Part shown: piece after piece, positions 38,512 to 49,411 of the stretch
How positions within the stretch are numbered: the first letter of the stretch is position 1
Layout of the letters: each line of letters opens with the position of its first letter
Origin: Candidatus Pacearchaeota archaeon
Lineage (GTDB): Archaea; Nanobdellota; Nanobdellia; Pacearchaeales; GW2011-AR1
Length of the DNA stretch: 53,760 bases
Reading direction: 5' to 3'
Assembly (NCBI GenBank): GCA_050124795.1
Contig: JASFEO010000005.1
Span: 1-53,760, forward strand
The notes under the pieces: generated by a model
The model's input: only the letters and a program-made list of their open reading frames with translations
The model's database searches: none
Told to the model about the DNA's origin: nothing
Translations under genes and position numbers: made by a program

Positions 38512-39069
38512 ATGATAACTTATAATGATATTTATGAAGCTGCTAGAAAAGAGAGGTATTCTGAGAGTTTGCAGAAAATTCCAAAGGCGTTTGTGAAGGA
38601 AGTTGCAAATTATATTAAGGAGAAAAAGGATATTGCTGCAAAAGAAAGAAGTGATTTGTCTGAGGGGGCAATTAAGACTAAAAAGCAAATTGAGAATGCA
38701 ATGACTTTGTTTAATGAACTTGTTCTTCGTCGGAGAAAAAAGATTTTGAATCTGGTTTTGGTTGCAACAGAGGTGGGAATTAGTAAGGCAGATTTTGAAA
38801 ATATGCTGCAGATTGAAAAGGATTTATTTGAGGAATTAATGCAGTGCATGAAGGGGGCTGAAAAAAAACTTCAGGGTATTTTAGGCGGAGGTGAAGGCAG
38901 GGAAGAATCAAAGAATGAACTTGTTTTATTTGTGGAGGATGTTGGAGAGTTTGTTGGTTTTGACGGAAATATGATGGGGTGTTATAAAAAAGGCGAGATT
39001 GCAAATATTCCAAAAGAAGTTGCAAAGATTTTAATTGATGACGGAAAGGCGCAGGTGATTGAAGGATAA
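38512..39069 (+). CDS. GINS complex subunit (Gins51/Gins15 type)
   Basis: Helical A domain with RRRKKI; B domain KGEIANIPKEVAKILI…GKA. Confidence 0.7.
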   Translation: MITYNDIYEAARKERYSESLQKIPKAFVKEVANYIKEKKDIAAKERSDLSEGAIKTKKQIENAMTLFNELVLRRRKKILNLVLVATEVGISKADFENMLQIEKDLFEELMQCMKGAEKKLQGILGGGEGREESKNELVLFVEDVGEFVGFDGNMMGCYKKGEIANIPKEVAKILIDDGKAQVIEG

Positions 39070-39123
39070 TATCTTTTTAAAACAAAAGAAAAAATTATTA
39101 AATAACATCTACTTTGCCTATAA

Positions 39124-39933
39124 ATGAAAAAAGAGGCCCTGGCATTTGATATTGGAGGAACACACATGAGGGTTGCGATTGCCAGAGGCAGGAAAATTTA
39201 CAATTATGAAAAATGTAGCACCCCAAAAAATAAAATTTTATTTCTTAAAAAAATTGAAGATTTAATTTTAAAATTTGATCTAAAAAAAATTAAAGGAATT
39301 GGAATTGGAATTGCAGGCCCTGTAAAAGATGGGGTTGTAAAAAATCCGCCGAATCTGCCTTTGAGAAATTTTGATTTGAAAAAATATTTAGAAAAAAAAT
39401 TCAAGAAAAAAGTTAAAATAAAAAATGATGTTGAATGTTCTACTTTGGCTGAATTAAAGCATGGCATAAATGCAAAGAACTTTATTTTAGTCGCAATTGG
39501 AACAGGAATCGGCGGGGGCATAATTGTTAATGAAAAAAACTATCGTGGCAGAGGATACGGGGGAGAATTTGGAAGAATGTATGTTCGTGATAAAAAATGG
39601 GAGGACTTATGGAAAGAAACGTGCAAAAAAATAAAACGAGAATTTGGAGAACAGAAATTCTTAAAGGATTTAGTAAAAATGAAGAGTCAGAGGTCAGAAA
39701 AAATTTTAGATGAAGCTGCAGATTATATTGGCGAAGGAATTGCATCTTTAATTAGTGCATTTGACCCGGAAATTGTTTTGATTGGAGGGGGGATAAAAAA
39801 TTCAGGGAATTTGTTTTTAAAAAAAATAAAAAAAAGTGTTTTAAAATACTCAACTTTGCCAAAAAAAACCCCCATCAGATGGACAACACTAAAACATCCA
39901 GGGGTTTTGGGAGCCAGCATGTTAGTAGATTAA
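39124..39933 (+). CDS. ROK-family sugar kinase
   Basis: DIGGT, GIGIAGP, ND, GTGIGGG, GEFG. Confidence 0.9.
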   Translation: MKKEALAFDIGGTHMRVAIARGRKIYNYEKCSTPKNKILFLKKIEDLILKFDLKKIKGIGIGIAGPVKDGVVKNPPNLPLRNFDLKKYLEKKFKKKVKIKNDVECSTLAELKHGINAKNFILVAIGTGIGGGIIVNEKNYRGRGYGGEFGRMYVRDKKWEDLWKETCKKIKREFGEQKFLKDLVKMKSQRSEKILDEAADYIGEGIASLISAFDPEIVLIGGGIKNSGNLFLKKIKKSVLKYSTLPKKTPIRWTTLKHPGVLGASMLVD

Positions 39934-40082
39934 ACCATACCATAAAGTTTAATAAGTTTCAAAATTAAATTCTTTCTTCAAATTACTTTTATTATGCCAA
40001 CTTAATTTCAAATTTCATTAACAAAAACTTAATAAACTGCTTTTACTCTATTTTTATATTATTAATAATTTTATAAAAAGAG

Positions 40083-41207
40083 ATGGCGAAAAAAAACCTT
40101 TCTAAGGAAAGAATACTTGCAACACTTAAAGGGATTGCTGAAAAAAGGTTTGGAGATAAAAAAAATCCTAAGAAAAAAAGAGTAAAGAAGAAGACGCATA
40201 TAGTGAGAAAGTCTCCTCGCAATCCAATTATTTCTCCGAAGAGTGATAATGCATGGGAGGCATGGCAGACTTTTAATCCTGCTGCAATTTTAATTGACGA
40301 CAAAGTGCATCTTTTGTATAGGGCGATTGGGCATGATGCTATTTCAAGGTTAGGTTATGCTTCTTCTGTTGATGGATTTTTAGTTGATGAGAGGTTTCCG
40401 GACCCTGCTTATGAACATCGTACTGGACAAGAAGGAAAATATGTTTGTTATTCAATTGCTTCAGGCGGAAGTTGGGGGGGATGTGAAGACCCAAGGATAG
40501 TTCGTGTTGGAAATGAAGATAAGTTATATATTACTTATACTGCATGCGACGGAGGTTTGAGGGTGGGCTTATCTTCTATAAGTTTAGAAGATTTTAAGAA
40601 TAAGAAATGGAAATGGTCAAAGCCTCAGTTGATTTCTCCTGCAGGACAGGTTAACAAAAATTGGATTATTTTTCCTGAAAAGATTAATGGCAAATACGCA
40701 ATTTTGCATAGCATTAGTCCTAAGATTTCTATTGCTTATGTTGATGATTTGGATAATATTAAGGAACCTATTGAAAGTCATTATCATCCTGGGAAGCCTG
40801 AAAAAAGATGGGATTCTTTTGTCAGAGGTCCTGGTCCGCCTCCGATAAAAACAGATAAGGGTTGGCTTTTGTTTTATCATGCAATGAATCACAAGGATAT
40901 GAGTCAGTATAAAATGGGAGCAATGCTTTTGGATTTAAATGATCCTACTAAGGTTTTGTATCGTTCAAAAGAACCTCTTTTAGTCCCAGAAGAATGTTAT
41001 GAAAATGAAGGTTTTAAGTCAGGTGTTGTTTATGCTTTGGGGGCAGTTGTCAGGGGAGAAGACCTTTTGATTTATTATGGTGGTGCTGACAGCCATGTTT
41101 GTGTTGCGCATGTTAATTTGGATAAACTTCTAAAATCCTTAACAAAGAAAACAATAAAACTTCCTAAATTGAAGTTTTTGAATTTTGGCAAGTTGTTGAA
41201 GAGTTAA
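40083..41207 (+). CDS. GH130 glycoside phosphorylase/mannosidase
   Basis: FNPAA, LYRA, CEDPR, KN, YYGGAD. Confidence 0.88.
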   Translation: MAKKNLSKERILATLKGIAEKRFGDKKNPKKKRVKKKTHIVRKSPRNPIISPKSDNAWEAWQTFNPAAILIDDKVHLLYRAIGHDAISRLGYASSVDGFLVDERFPDPAYEHRTGQEGKYVCYSIASGGSWGGCEDPRIVRVGNEDKLYITYTACDGGLRVGLSSISLEDFKNKKWKWSKPQLISPAGQVNKNWIIFPEKINGKYAILHSISPKISIAYVDDLDNIKEPIESHYHPGKPEKRWDSFVRGPGPPPIKTDKGWLLFYHAMNHKDMSQYKMGAMLLDLNDPTKVLYRSKEPLLVPEECYENEGFKSGVVYALGAVVRGEDLLIYYGGADSHVCVAHVNLDKLLKSLTKKTIKLPKLKFLNFGKLLKS

Positions 41208-41256
41208 TCTTAAAAATATATGAATCTAATTCAGAGATATTAGAAAAGAAAATAAA

Positions 41257-43185
41257 ATGATAATTAAAAGATATGAAGATAATCCGATTTTAAATCCGGA
41301 TAGGAAAAAGATTTGGCAGATGAATGCTGTGTTTAATTGCTGTCCTGTGAAGACTGATGATGGAATTGCTCTTGTTTATCGTGCAGAGTCAAGTGATTAT
41401 TTTCATACTTATGCAAATAGAAACATGGTTCTTTCAAGTATTGGTCTTGCACATAGTGAAGATGGAATTAAGTTTCACGACGGAAATAAATTTATTTTTA
41501 CTGCAAATGAATGGGACAAGTATGGATGCGAAGATCCGCGAGTGACTAAGTTTGAAGATAAGTATTATATTTTTTATACTGCATTAGGAAAGTATCCGTT
41601 TGAAGCAAGCGGGATTAAGGTGGCTGTTGCGATTACCAAGGATTTTAAAAAAATTGAAACAAGAAAACTTGTGACGCCTTTTAATGCAAAGGCAATGAGT
41701 CTTTTTCCTGAGAGGATTAATGGAAAGTTGTGGGTTGTTTTTAGTTTTCATACTGATATGCCTCCGACGAAGTTTTGTTTGGCAGAGTTGGATAAGGAAG
41801 AGGATTTATGGGATAATGATTTTTGGGGAAGGTGGTATCGTGAGCATGAAAGATTTGTTTTGAATCTTAAACGTCGTGAGGAAGACCATGTTGAAGTTGG
41901 GGCTCCTCCAATAAAAACTGAAAAAGGCTGGGTTTTGTTTTATTCTTATATTAAAGATTATTTTAAGGGAAATCCTGTTTTTGGTGTTGAGGCTGTTTTA
42001 CTTGATTTGAAAGATCCTGCTAAAATTATTTCAAAAACTGAAGGGCCGATTTTTGTTCCTGAGGAATATTATGAAACAATGGGGCGAGTTCCTAATATTG
42101 TTTTTCCTTCGGGGGCAATTGAAATGAACAATAAAATTTATTTGTATTATGGAAGTGCTGACACAACTTGTTCTCTTGCAGTTATTGATACAAAGTCTTT
42201 ATTGAATGAATTAACAATGAGCAAAAAGTTAATGGAATTAAAATTGGAGAGGTATAAAAAAAATCCGATTATTTCTCCGAATGAAAAAAATTTCTGGGAA
42301 AAGAGGTCGACTTTTAATCCTGCTGCGATTTATTTAGATGGAAAGGTTCATATTCTTTATAGGGCAATGTCAGGGGATAATACTTCAAGTATTGGTTATG
42401 CGACAAGCAAGAATGGTTTTAAGATAAATTATAAGTCTGATGAACCTATTTATGTTCCAAGGGAAAAGTTTGAAGGAAAGTTAAAGGAAAATGGTTTTTC
42501 CGGTTGCGAGGACCCGCGCCTGACAAAAATTGATGACAAGATTTACATGCTTTATGCTGCATATGATTCAGTTAATAATCCAAGGGTTGCATTAACATGG
42601 ATTAGGGAGGAAGATTTTTTAAAACAAAACTGGAAATGGGAAAAGCCGCAACTTATTTCTCCTCCGGGTGTTGACAACAAGGATGCATGTTTATTTCCTG
42701 AGAAGATTAATGATAAGTATTATATTTTGCACAGAACAGGGACTGGTATTGATTTGAGTGAGTATGAAAAATTGGATTTTAAAGAGGATGGTTATTTGCA
42801 GGAGACTAAGTGGTTAAGTAAACGCCTGGGTTGGTGGGATAGTGAAAAAGTCGGAGTTGCTGCGCCGCCAATAAAGACTGAAAAGGGATGGCTTGTGTTG
42901 TATCACGGAGTTTCTGTTGGCAATGTTTATAGTGTTGGAGCATTTTTGCTTGACTTGAAAAATCCGTTTAAGGTGATTGCAAGAACAACAAATCCAATTT
43001 TCACGCCAGAGGAAGATTATGAAAAAGAAGGGGACCATGCAAATGTGGTGTTTCCTTGCGGAGTTGTGCAGATTAAAGATAAGTTATTTGTTTATTATGG
43101 TGGGGCAGATAAGTTCGTCGGAGTTGCGACAATAAAGTTAAAAGATTTGTTAGATAAATTAGAATGTCATAGGGTTGATGAGTGA
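41257..43185 (+). CDS. Tandem double GH130 domain protein
   Basis: Two NPI…FN…CEDPR…YYG(S/G)AD units. Confidence 0.88.
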   Translation: MIIKRYEDNPILNPDRKKIWQMNAVFNCCPVKTDDGIALVYRAESSDYFHTYANRNMVLSSIGLAHSEDGIKFHDGNKFIFTANEWDKYGCEDPRVTKFEDKYYIFYTALGKYPFEASGIKVAVAITKDFKKIETRKLVTPFNAKAMSLFPERINGKLWVVFSFHTDMPPTKFCLAELDKEEDLWDNDFWGRWYREHERFVLNLKRREEDHVEVGAPPIKTEKGWVLFYSYIKDYFKGNPVFGVEAVLLDLKDPAKIISKTEGPIFVPEEYYETMGRVPNIVFPSGAIEMNNKIYLYYGSADTTCSLAVIDTKSLLNELTMSKKLMELKLERYKKNPIISPNEKNFWEKRSTFNPAAIYLDGKVHILYRAMSGDNTSSIGYATSKNGFKINYKSDEPIYVPREKFEGKLKENGFSGCEDPRLTKIDDKIYMLYAAYDSVNNPRVALTWIREEDFLKQNWKWEKPQLISPPGVDNKDACLFPEKINDKYYILHRTGTGIDLSEYEKLDFKEDGYLQETKWLSKRLGWWDSEKVGVAAPPIKTEKGWLVLYHGVSVGNVYSVGAFLLDLKNPFKVIARTTNPIFTPEEDYEKEGDHANVVFPCGVVQIKDKLFVYYGGADKFVGVATIKLKDLLDKLECHRVDE

Positions 43186-43850
43186 ATAAGATGAAAATTA
43201 AAAATTCTATTATTAAAGATAAAAATAATGTAACCCCTTTGGATGTTGTAAGAGTTTTTTATGCGGTTGATGAGTTTTTAAAGGAGGAAGTTAAAAAAGC
43301 AAAAAAACCAATATCAAAAACTCAAATGAAAAGAATTCTTGAAAGAGTTTGTAAAAAGGTTATGAAGGTTCCTAAAAAGAAATTAATAACTTATCATTTT
43401 GATTGGCATCACCCGAGATATGATAATTATTTCAATTCAAAATGGAGGCTCGAGACAATTTCTCTTAAGGATTGCGGGGTTTATCCTGGCTTAAGAAGGT
43501 GGCCTCTTGATTTTTCTAAAGGAAATGTTTTTGATACTGCCAAGATGATAAAGCCTTATATAAAAAATAAGAATAAATTAACTTGGAATCTTAATAAAAT
43601 TCTATATCTTGAGGGGTTTTTAAAATATGCAGAAATTATAAATGAGTATTTTCCGATGATTGTTCTTGAAGACCATGTAATTAGACATGCAAAATATCAT
43701 GATAAATCAATTAGAAATTCTCATAAAAAAACAAAATATGATATTGATGATGGATGTAACAGAGCAATAGCTCTTGCACTTAATGGAGAGAGAAAAGTTT
43801 TAGCTTTAGTTGGGAAAAGAATTTACAAGTCTCCATATGTATATGATTAG
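43182..43850 (+). CDS. Hypothetical protein (possible ParB/Srx-like motif)
   Basis: IDDGCNRAIAL resembles DGxxR. Confidence 0.5.
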   Translation: MNKMKIKNSIIKDKNNVTPLDVVRVFYAVDEFLKEEVKKAKKPISKTQMKRILERVCKKVMKVPKKKLITYHFDWHHPRYDNYFNSKWRLETISLKDCGVYPGLRRWPLDFSKGNVFDTAKMIKPYIKNKNKLTWNLNKILYLEGFLKYAEIINEYFPMIVLEDHVIRHAKYHDKSIRNSHKKTKYDIDDGCNRAIALALNGERKVLALVGKRIYKSPYVYD

Positions 43851-44639
43851 TTATTCTTTTTGTAAAACAAGAGCTTGAGTCAAAACAGGGTAATTGTGCC
43901 CAATAATATATCTTTCAAGATTTTGCATTATTTTTTCTTTGTCAAATTCAGGATACCCAAAGAGTTCTTTTTTATTGCCTTGAACTATTTTTAATCCTGA
44001 TGCTTTAACTAATTCTTCAATATTTTTATTATCTCCCCATCTATCTCTTTTCTTTTTAGTAAATGGATAAGCTGTTAAAAATAAATCTGCTGTTAAAACA
44101 AAATGGCCTTTTGGTTTTAAAATTCGTTTAATATGTTTCACTATTTGATCTAATTCTTTTTTATTAACATGTTCAATTGTAGAAATACTATATACCATGT
44201 CAAAGTAATTATTTGGCAGATTTGCCTTTTCTATAAAACAATTGTGAAATATTACATTTGTTTCAAACTTTTTATTTAACATAGACATTTTTCTTTTATG
44301 TAATTTTTTACCTCCTTTTCCCTCGCCCGGATCTAGGTTATGAACTTCTGCACCATATTTATCTAAAACAAATTGAAATCCTGAAAAGGCTCCTCCAATT
44401 TCTAACACTTTCATTCCTTTTTTTAATGGAACTGCATAAAATGCCCAAGGATATTCAAATACTCTTGTTGTATTATTTCTCTGATAAGAAAACATTCCAT
44501 TAAAAGGGGCTTGCCATTTTTGATTCCAATCAATAAATTTTTTTGGGATTATTGCCTGATAAGGAAATTTTTTACCTATCTTGTGGGCTGCTTTTTTCTC
44601 TCTAGGATTTTCAGACCATAATAGGCTTTTTGCTAACAT
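43851..44639 (-). CDS. Class I SAM-dependent methyltransferase
   Basis: VLEIGG, FD…STIEH, LKPKG. Confidence 0.85.
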   Translation of the reverse strand: MLAKSLLWSENPREKKAAHKIGKKFPYQAIIPKKFIDWNQKWQAPFNGMFSYQRNNTTRVFEYPWAFYAVPLKKGMKVLEIGGAFSGFQFVLDKYGAEVHNLDPGEGKGGKKLHKRKMSMLNKKFETNVIFHNCFIEKANLPNNYFDMVYSISTIEHVNKKELDQIVKHIKRILKPKGHFVLTADLFLTAYPFTKKKRDRWGDNKNIEELVKASGLKIVQGNKKELFGYPEFDKEKIMQNLERYIIGHNYPVLTQALVLQKE

Positions 44640-44731
44640 GTTCTAGATAGATTATTAGCCTTTAAAAAATTTTCTATGGTAAAATTAATCTTTTCCAAAA
44701 ACTTCTTAAACATCTTTATCTTATTTGTTTT

Positions 44732-45064
44732 ATGCTCGAAGAAAAGAGGCCGTGGGGATTGTTCAAGACTTTTGCAAAAAATAAAAAATGCACTGTTAAA
44801 ATTTTAGAAGTAAAACCATATCAGGAATTAAGTTTGCAAAAACATAAAAAGCGCGAGGAGCATTGGTATTTTTTAACTTCTGGTTTTGCGCAACTTGGGA
44901 ATAAAAAGAAAAAAGTAAAACAAGGCGAGGAAGTTGTTATAAAGAAAAATACTGCTCATAGAATTATTGCTAAAAAAAATAAAGTCATGGTTTTAGAAGT
45001 TTCTTTAGGGCATTTTAGTGAGAGAGATGAAATTCGTCTTGAAGATGAGTATGGAAGGAAGTGA
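44732..45064 (+). CDS. Cupin mannose-6-phosphate isomerase (type II C-terminal domain)
   Basis: RPWG, LSLQKH..REEHW, HRI, EIRLEDEYGR. Confidence 0.88.
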   Translation: MLEEKRPWGLFKTFAKNKKCTVKILEVKPYQELSLQKHKKREEHWYFLTSGFAQLGNKKKKVKQGEEVVIKKNTAHRIIAKKNKVMVLEVSLGHFSERDEIRLEDEYGRK

Positions 45065-45112
45065 AAATTTCACAAGGGAAAATTATTTAAATTTGGTTTT
45101 TTAATTATTAGA

Positions 45113-45361
45113 ATGTTTAATATTAATGTAATTATTGAAGATGAAGGAAAGGAAGGGTTTTCGATTTTTAGTCCTGATATAAATGTTACTTCAAATGGGA
45201 GTACTATTTGTGAAGCTAAGAAAAATTTTGCAGATGCTTTGAGATTTCATTTAAAGTGTGCGCCAGAAGAAATTGAGAAATTAAACCAGAAGTCAGAAAT
45301 TTTTCTTACAAATATTTCTATAGCAAATCCTCGCGAGGGATTCCTGTCACGCGCTCAATAG
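45113..45361 (+). CDS. hicB: HicB-family antitoxin
   Basis: PDINVTSNGSTICEAKKNFADAL. Confidence 0.75.
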   Translation: MFNINVIIEDEGKEGFSIFSPDINVTSNGSTICEAKKNFADALRFHLKCAPEEIEKLNQKSEIFLTNISIANPREGFLSRAQ

Positions 45362-45524
45362 TTTTAAGATTCCCTTTAAGCATTTTTGGAGAAACAACTG
45401 TTAATGTTTTATTCCCCTTTCTTAGGAAATGGTGGCTCCCTTTGCTTCTTATTAGTTTCCAACCAAATTTATTCACCAACTTTTTTATTACTTTTCTTCC
45501 ATCAACTTTATTTGGAATTTTCAT
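45318..45524 (-). CDS. hicA: HicA-family toxin
   Basis: KVIKKL…GW…RSKGSH, KGNLKTI. Confidence 0.8.
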   Translation of the reverse strand: MKIPNKVDGRKVIKKLVNKFGWKLIRSKGSHHFLRKGNKTLTVVSPKMLKGNLKTIERVTGIPREDLL

Positions 45525-45634
45525 ATAATTAATAGAACAATTATCTATTTAAAAAACTAATATTATAAATTATATAATTTCCAAAAAATTATTAAAGAAT
45601 TTTATTCTTATTTTGTTATAAAAAAGGTGATAAA

Positions 45635-46408
45635 ATGAAAACTTTAGAAAGTCTTGATAGAAAAAAGTTAAAAAAAATAAAGTTAATTGTTTCAGATTTG
45701 GATGGAGTTATTGTTCCCCGTGGGACAAAGATTAAGCAGATCGGAAATAAAACAATTCTTGAAACAAAAAAAATTAATGAAAAACAAATTGAACAGATAA
45801 AAAAATTGAGTAAACTCGGGTTTAAAATTAATATTAGTTCAGGCAGAGGCCTATACATGCTTGAGGAAATGTTCAGGGAAGTTTTGGATGAAGTGATAAT
45901 AACTTATGAAAATGGAAGTTCGTCGTGGATAAATGGGAAAATTATGCAGCATTTTAATAGTTATAATGATTTAAAAGAAATATTTTTTGAACTTAAGAAA
46001 ATTAAAGATAAAAGAATCAAAGGTTTTGAACCAAAAGAATTTATTATTACTATTCATGCTACTTCGAGAGTTAAAAAGATTGAAAAAATAGTCTCTAAAT
46101 ATAAAAACCTTTATACAGTCTGGAACGGGGAGGCATATGATATTGGAGTAAAAAATAAACAAACTAAGATAACAGGATTAAAAGAATTAATGAAAATTTT
46201 GAAATTAAAAAAAGAAAATGTTCTTGCTATTGGAGACAATTTTAATGACAGAGAATTTTTTAAATTAGCAGGAATAACTATCTCAGCAGATAAGTCGAGG
46301 TTAAATGCAGATCATTATGTTCCATTGAATGGAAAACGCCTTCCTGCAGATATTGTTTTTGATGTTGTTGATAATCTTATTAAAAGAGATAAGGTTTTAA
46401 ACTCATAA
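45635..46408 (+). CDS. HAD subfamily IIB hydrolase
   Basis: DLDGV, SSGR, ENG, K, GDNFND. Confidence 0.85.
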   Translation: MKTLESLDRKKLKKIKLIVSDLDGVIVPRGTKIKQIGNKTILETKKINEKQIEQIKKLSKLGFKINISSGRGLYMLEEMFREVLDEVIITYENGSSSWINGKIMQHFNSYNDLKEIFFELKKIKDKRIKGFEPKEFIITIHATSRVKKIEKIVSKYKNLYTVWNGEAYDIGVKNKQTKITGLKELMKILKLKKENVLAIGDNFNDREFFKLAGITISADKSRLNADHYVPLNGKRLPADIVFDVVDNLIKRDKVLNS

Positions 46409-46422
46409 AACATATATATAAT

Positions 46423-47172
46423 ATGAAAAAAAAGGGGAATAGCAAAAAGAAAAAGGATGCTGGAAAAATTTCTTCTCCGAAAATTATTGGAATAATTGCG
46501 CTTAAAGGAGGAGTTGGCAAGACAACTGTTGTGTCTAATCTCGGAGCTACATTATCAAAAGAATTCGGAAAAAAAGTTTTAATTGTTGATGCAAATTTTT
46601 CAACACCTCATTTGGGATTGCATGTAGGACTAGTTAATCCTGATAATACTCTTCATTCAGTTTTGAATAATGATTGCGAAATTAAGAATGCAATTTATAT
46701 TCATGATGCAGGTTTTCATATTATTCCAGGACAGTTAATGCCTGATGTTCTTAATCCGCGTGTTTTGAGGACTAAGTTAAAGCCTTTAAAGGAAATGTAT
46801 GATGTTATTTTAATTGATTCTTCACCTTCATTGGATAAAGAAATTATTGCAACTATGATGGCTTCAGATGAATTGCTTGTTGTGAGCACTCCTGATTATC
46901 CGACGTTAAGTTCTACGATTCATGCAGTAAAGATAGCACAGGAAAAAGGAACTCCTATTAAGGGGCTTGTATTAAACAGGGTTAATAAGAAAAAATTCGA
47001 ATTAACTCAAAAGGATATTTCTTCTGCATCTGATGTGAATGTGTTGGTGTCTTTACCAGAAAATTTGAAAATTCAAAGCGCTGTTTCAAAGATGATCCCT
47101 GCTGTTATTAGTTATCCTAAGGCAGATGTTTCAAAGAGATATAAAAAATTAGCTAGTTTGCTTACTGATTAA
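46423..47172 (+). CDS. minD: MinD/ParA-family ATPase (second paralogue)
   Basis: KGGVGKT, IDSSP, VLNRV. Confidence 0.85.
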   Translation: MKKKGNSKKKKDAGKISSPKIIGIIALKGGVGKTTVVSNLGATLSKEFGKKVLIVDANFSTPHLGLHVGLVNPDNTLHSVLNNDCEIKNAIYIHDAGFHIIPGQLMPDVLNPRVLRTKLKPLKEMYDVILIDSSPSLDKEIIATMMASDELLVVSTPDYPTLSSTIHAVKIAQEKGTPIKGLVLNRVNKKKFELTQKDISSASDVNVLVSLPENLKIQSAVSKMIPAVISYPKADVSKRYKKLASLLTD

Positions 47173-47220
47173 ACTAAAGTTTAATAAACTCTTTTATTTT
47201 AGTTATTTAACGAGGTGAAA

Positions 47221-48201
47221 ATGAAAGTTGCAATTAATGGTTTTGGAAGAATTGGAAGACAAGTTTTTAAAAGAGCATTGGAAAAAGGAGTTAAGATTGT
47301 TGCGATTAATGATTTAACTGATACAGAAACTTTGGCGTATTTATTAAATCATGATTCTGTTTATGGAAAATCTGAAAAAAAAATTATAGCAGGAGAAGGT
47401 TTTATAAAAATTGGTTTTAAGAAGATAATTGTTTTTGCAGAAAAAGATCCTGCTAATTTGCCTTGGAAAAAGTTGGGTGTTGATTTTGTTGTTGAGTCAA
47501 CTGGTTTTTTTACTGATAGAGAAAATGCAAAAAAGCATTTGGATGCAGGTGCAAAAAAAGTTTTAATTAGTGCTCCATCACCTGATGCAGATATCACTGT
47601 TGTTCTTGGGGTTAATGAAGGTGAATTGAAAAAAGAACATAAAATAATTTCTTTAGCTTCATGCACAACAAACTGTGCTGCGCCGATAATTAAAATTTTA
47701 AATGATGAATTTGGAATTGAGAAAGGTTTTATTACAACTGTTCATGCTTATACAGGAGACCAAAGACTTTTAGATTCCCCCCATAAAAAATTAAGAAGAG
47801 GAAGAAGCGCTGTGATTAATCTTGTGCCAACGACGTCAGGAGCAGCAACTGCTGTTGTTCAGACTATCCCTGAATTGAAAGGAAAATTAGATGGCATGGC
47901 TATTCGTTCACCTGTTGCGTGCGGGAGCATAACTGATTTTTCTTTGAATTTAAATAAAAGTGTGACAAGTGAAGAAGTAAACAAGGCTATCCAGGAGAAA
48001 TCCAAAAAAATAAAAGAATTTTTGGAGTATTCAGAAGATGAACTTGTTTCGTCAGACATTATTGGAAATAGTCATTCTTCTATTTTTGATTCTAAACTTA
48101 CAAGAGCAAATGGTAAAATGGTGAAAGTTTTTTCATGGTACGATAATGAGCATGGTTACAGCTGCAGAATGGTCGATATGTTAAAAAAAGTTTTAAAATG
48201 A
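47221..48201 (+). CDS. gap: Type I (bacterial-like) glyceraldehyde-3-phosphate dehydrogenase
   Basis: INGFGRIGR, ASCTTNC, WYDNE. Confidence 0.96.
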   Translation: MKVAINGFGRIGRQVFKRALEKGVKIVAINDLTDTETLAYLLNHDSVYGKSEKKIIAGEGFIKIGFKKIIVFAEKDPANLPWKKLGVDFVVESTGFFTDRENAKKHLDAGAKKVLISAPSPDADITVVLGVNEGELKKEHKIISLASCTTNCAAPIIKILNDEFGIEKGFITTVHAYTGDQRLLDSPHKKLRRGRSAVINLVPTTSGAATAVVQTIPELKGKLDGMAIRSPVACGSITDFSLNLNKSVTSEEVNKAIQEKSKKIKEFLEYSEDELVSSDIIGNSHSSIFDSKLTRANGKMVKVFSWYDNEHGYSCRMVDMLKKVLK

Positions 48202-49355
48202 AAACATTAAAAGATTTTAATTTAAAAAATAAATTAGTTTTGTTAAGAAGTGATTTAAACTGCGATGTTCTTGGAAAAAAAATAATCCCAACTGAGAAAA
48301 TTAAAAAATCTGCAGAGACAATTAATTTTTTGAAAAAAAAAGGAGCAAGAATTGTTGTTTTGGCGCATCAGGGGAATCCGCACAAATTAGATTTTGTTAG
48401 TTTAAGACAGCATGCAAAATTTTTAAATAAATTTGCAAAGATAAAATTTGTTGAGGATGTTTGCGGTAAATTCGCAATAGAAAAAATAAAAAAATTAAAA
48501 TCCGGAGAAGCGCTTTTATTAGAAAATGTCAGATTTTCAAAAGATGAATTTTATCCTAGAAAAAAAGGAAATGAGTTACTTAAGAATTTGGCGCCTTTGT
48601 TTGATTTGTTTGTTAATGATTCATTTTCAGTTAGCCATCGAAACCATACTTCAATAGTTGGGTTTGCAAAAAAAATTCCTTCATGCGCAGGACCTTTGGT
48701 TGTTAAGGAACTTGATGCATTGAAGAAAATTTCAAAAAAGAGATGTCTTTATATTTTGGGGGGTGCAAAACTTGATTCAAATATTAAGCTGCTGGGAAAA
48801 AATAAAATTATTGCAACAGGTTTGTTTGATCAGTTGTGTTTAATTGCACGAGGAAAAGATTTGGGGATGCAAAACAGGCTTATTAAAAAAATTGGTTTGT
48901 TTAAGGAAGGATTTGAAAAAACAAAGTTAAAGTTAAAAGGAAAATTAAAAAATGTTGAGACGTCAATTGATTTTGCTGTTTTAAAAAATGGAAAAAGGGT
49001 TGAATATGATTTGGAAGATTTCCCAATGAATTATGCAATTAAGGATATTGGAGAGAAAACAATTCAAAAACATTTAAAGGAAATAAAAAAAGCAAAAGCA
49101 ATTTATATGAGGGGTGATGTTGGAATTGCAATGGAAAAAAAATTTTCAAGAGGAACTTTAGAACTTTTAAGGGCAGTTGGGGATTCAAAGGCCTTTTCAA
49201 TTATTGGCGGGGGAAGTTTGAATGATGTGATAAAGAAATATAAAATACAGAAAAATAAATTTAATCATGTTAGTTTATCGGGCGGAGCATTGTCAAATTT
49301 TTTTGCAGGGGAGAAGTTGCCTGGGTTAAAAGTTTTGGGGGATTATAAAAAATAA
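48198..49355 (+). CDS. pgk: Phosphoglycerate kinase
   Basis: RSDLN, LLENVRF, NDSF…HR, GGAK, DIG, GEKLPG. Confidence 0.9.
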   Translation: MKTLKDFNLKNKLVLLRSDLNCDVLGKKIIPTEKIKKSAETINFLKKKGARIVVLAHQGNPHKLDFVSLRQHAKFLNKFAKIKFVEDVCGKFAIEKIKKLKSGEALLLENVRFSKDEFYPRKKGNELLKNLAPLFDLFVNDSFSVSHRNHTSIVGFAKKIPSCAGPLVVKELDALKKISKKRCLYILGGAKLDSNIKLLGKNKIIATGLFDQLCLIARGKDLGMQNRLIKKIGLFKEGFEKTKLKLKGKLKNVETSIDFAVLKNGKRVEYDLEDFPMNYAIKDIGEKTIQKHLKEIKKAKAIYMRGDVGIAMEKKFSRGTLELLRAVGDSKAFSIIGGGSLNDVIKKYKIQKNKFNHVSLSGGALSNFFAGEKLPGLKVLGDYKK

Positions 49356-49411
49356 TTTTTCGTCTCGAAACATTTTTAATCTTTATTAGTTTATTTTACT
49401 AAGGTGATAAA

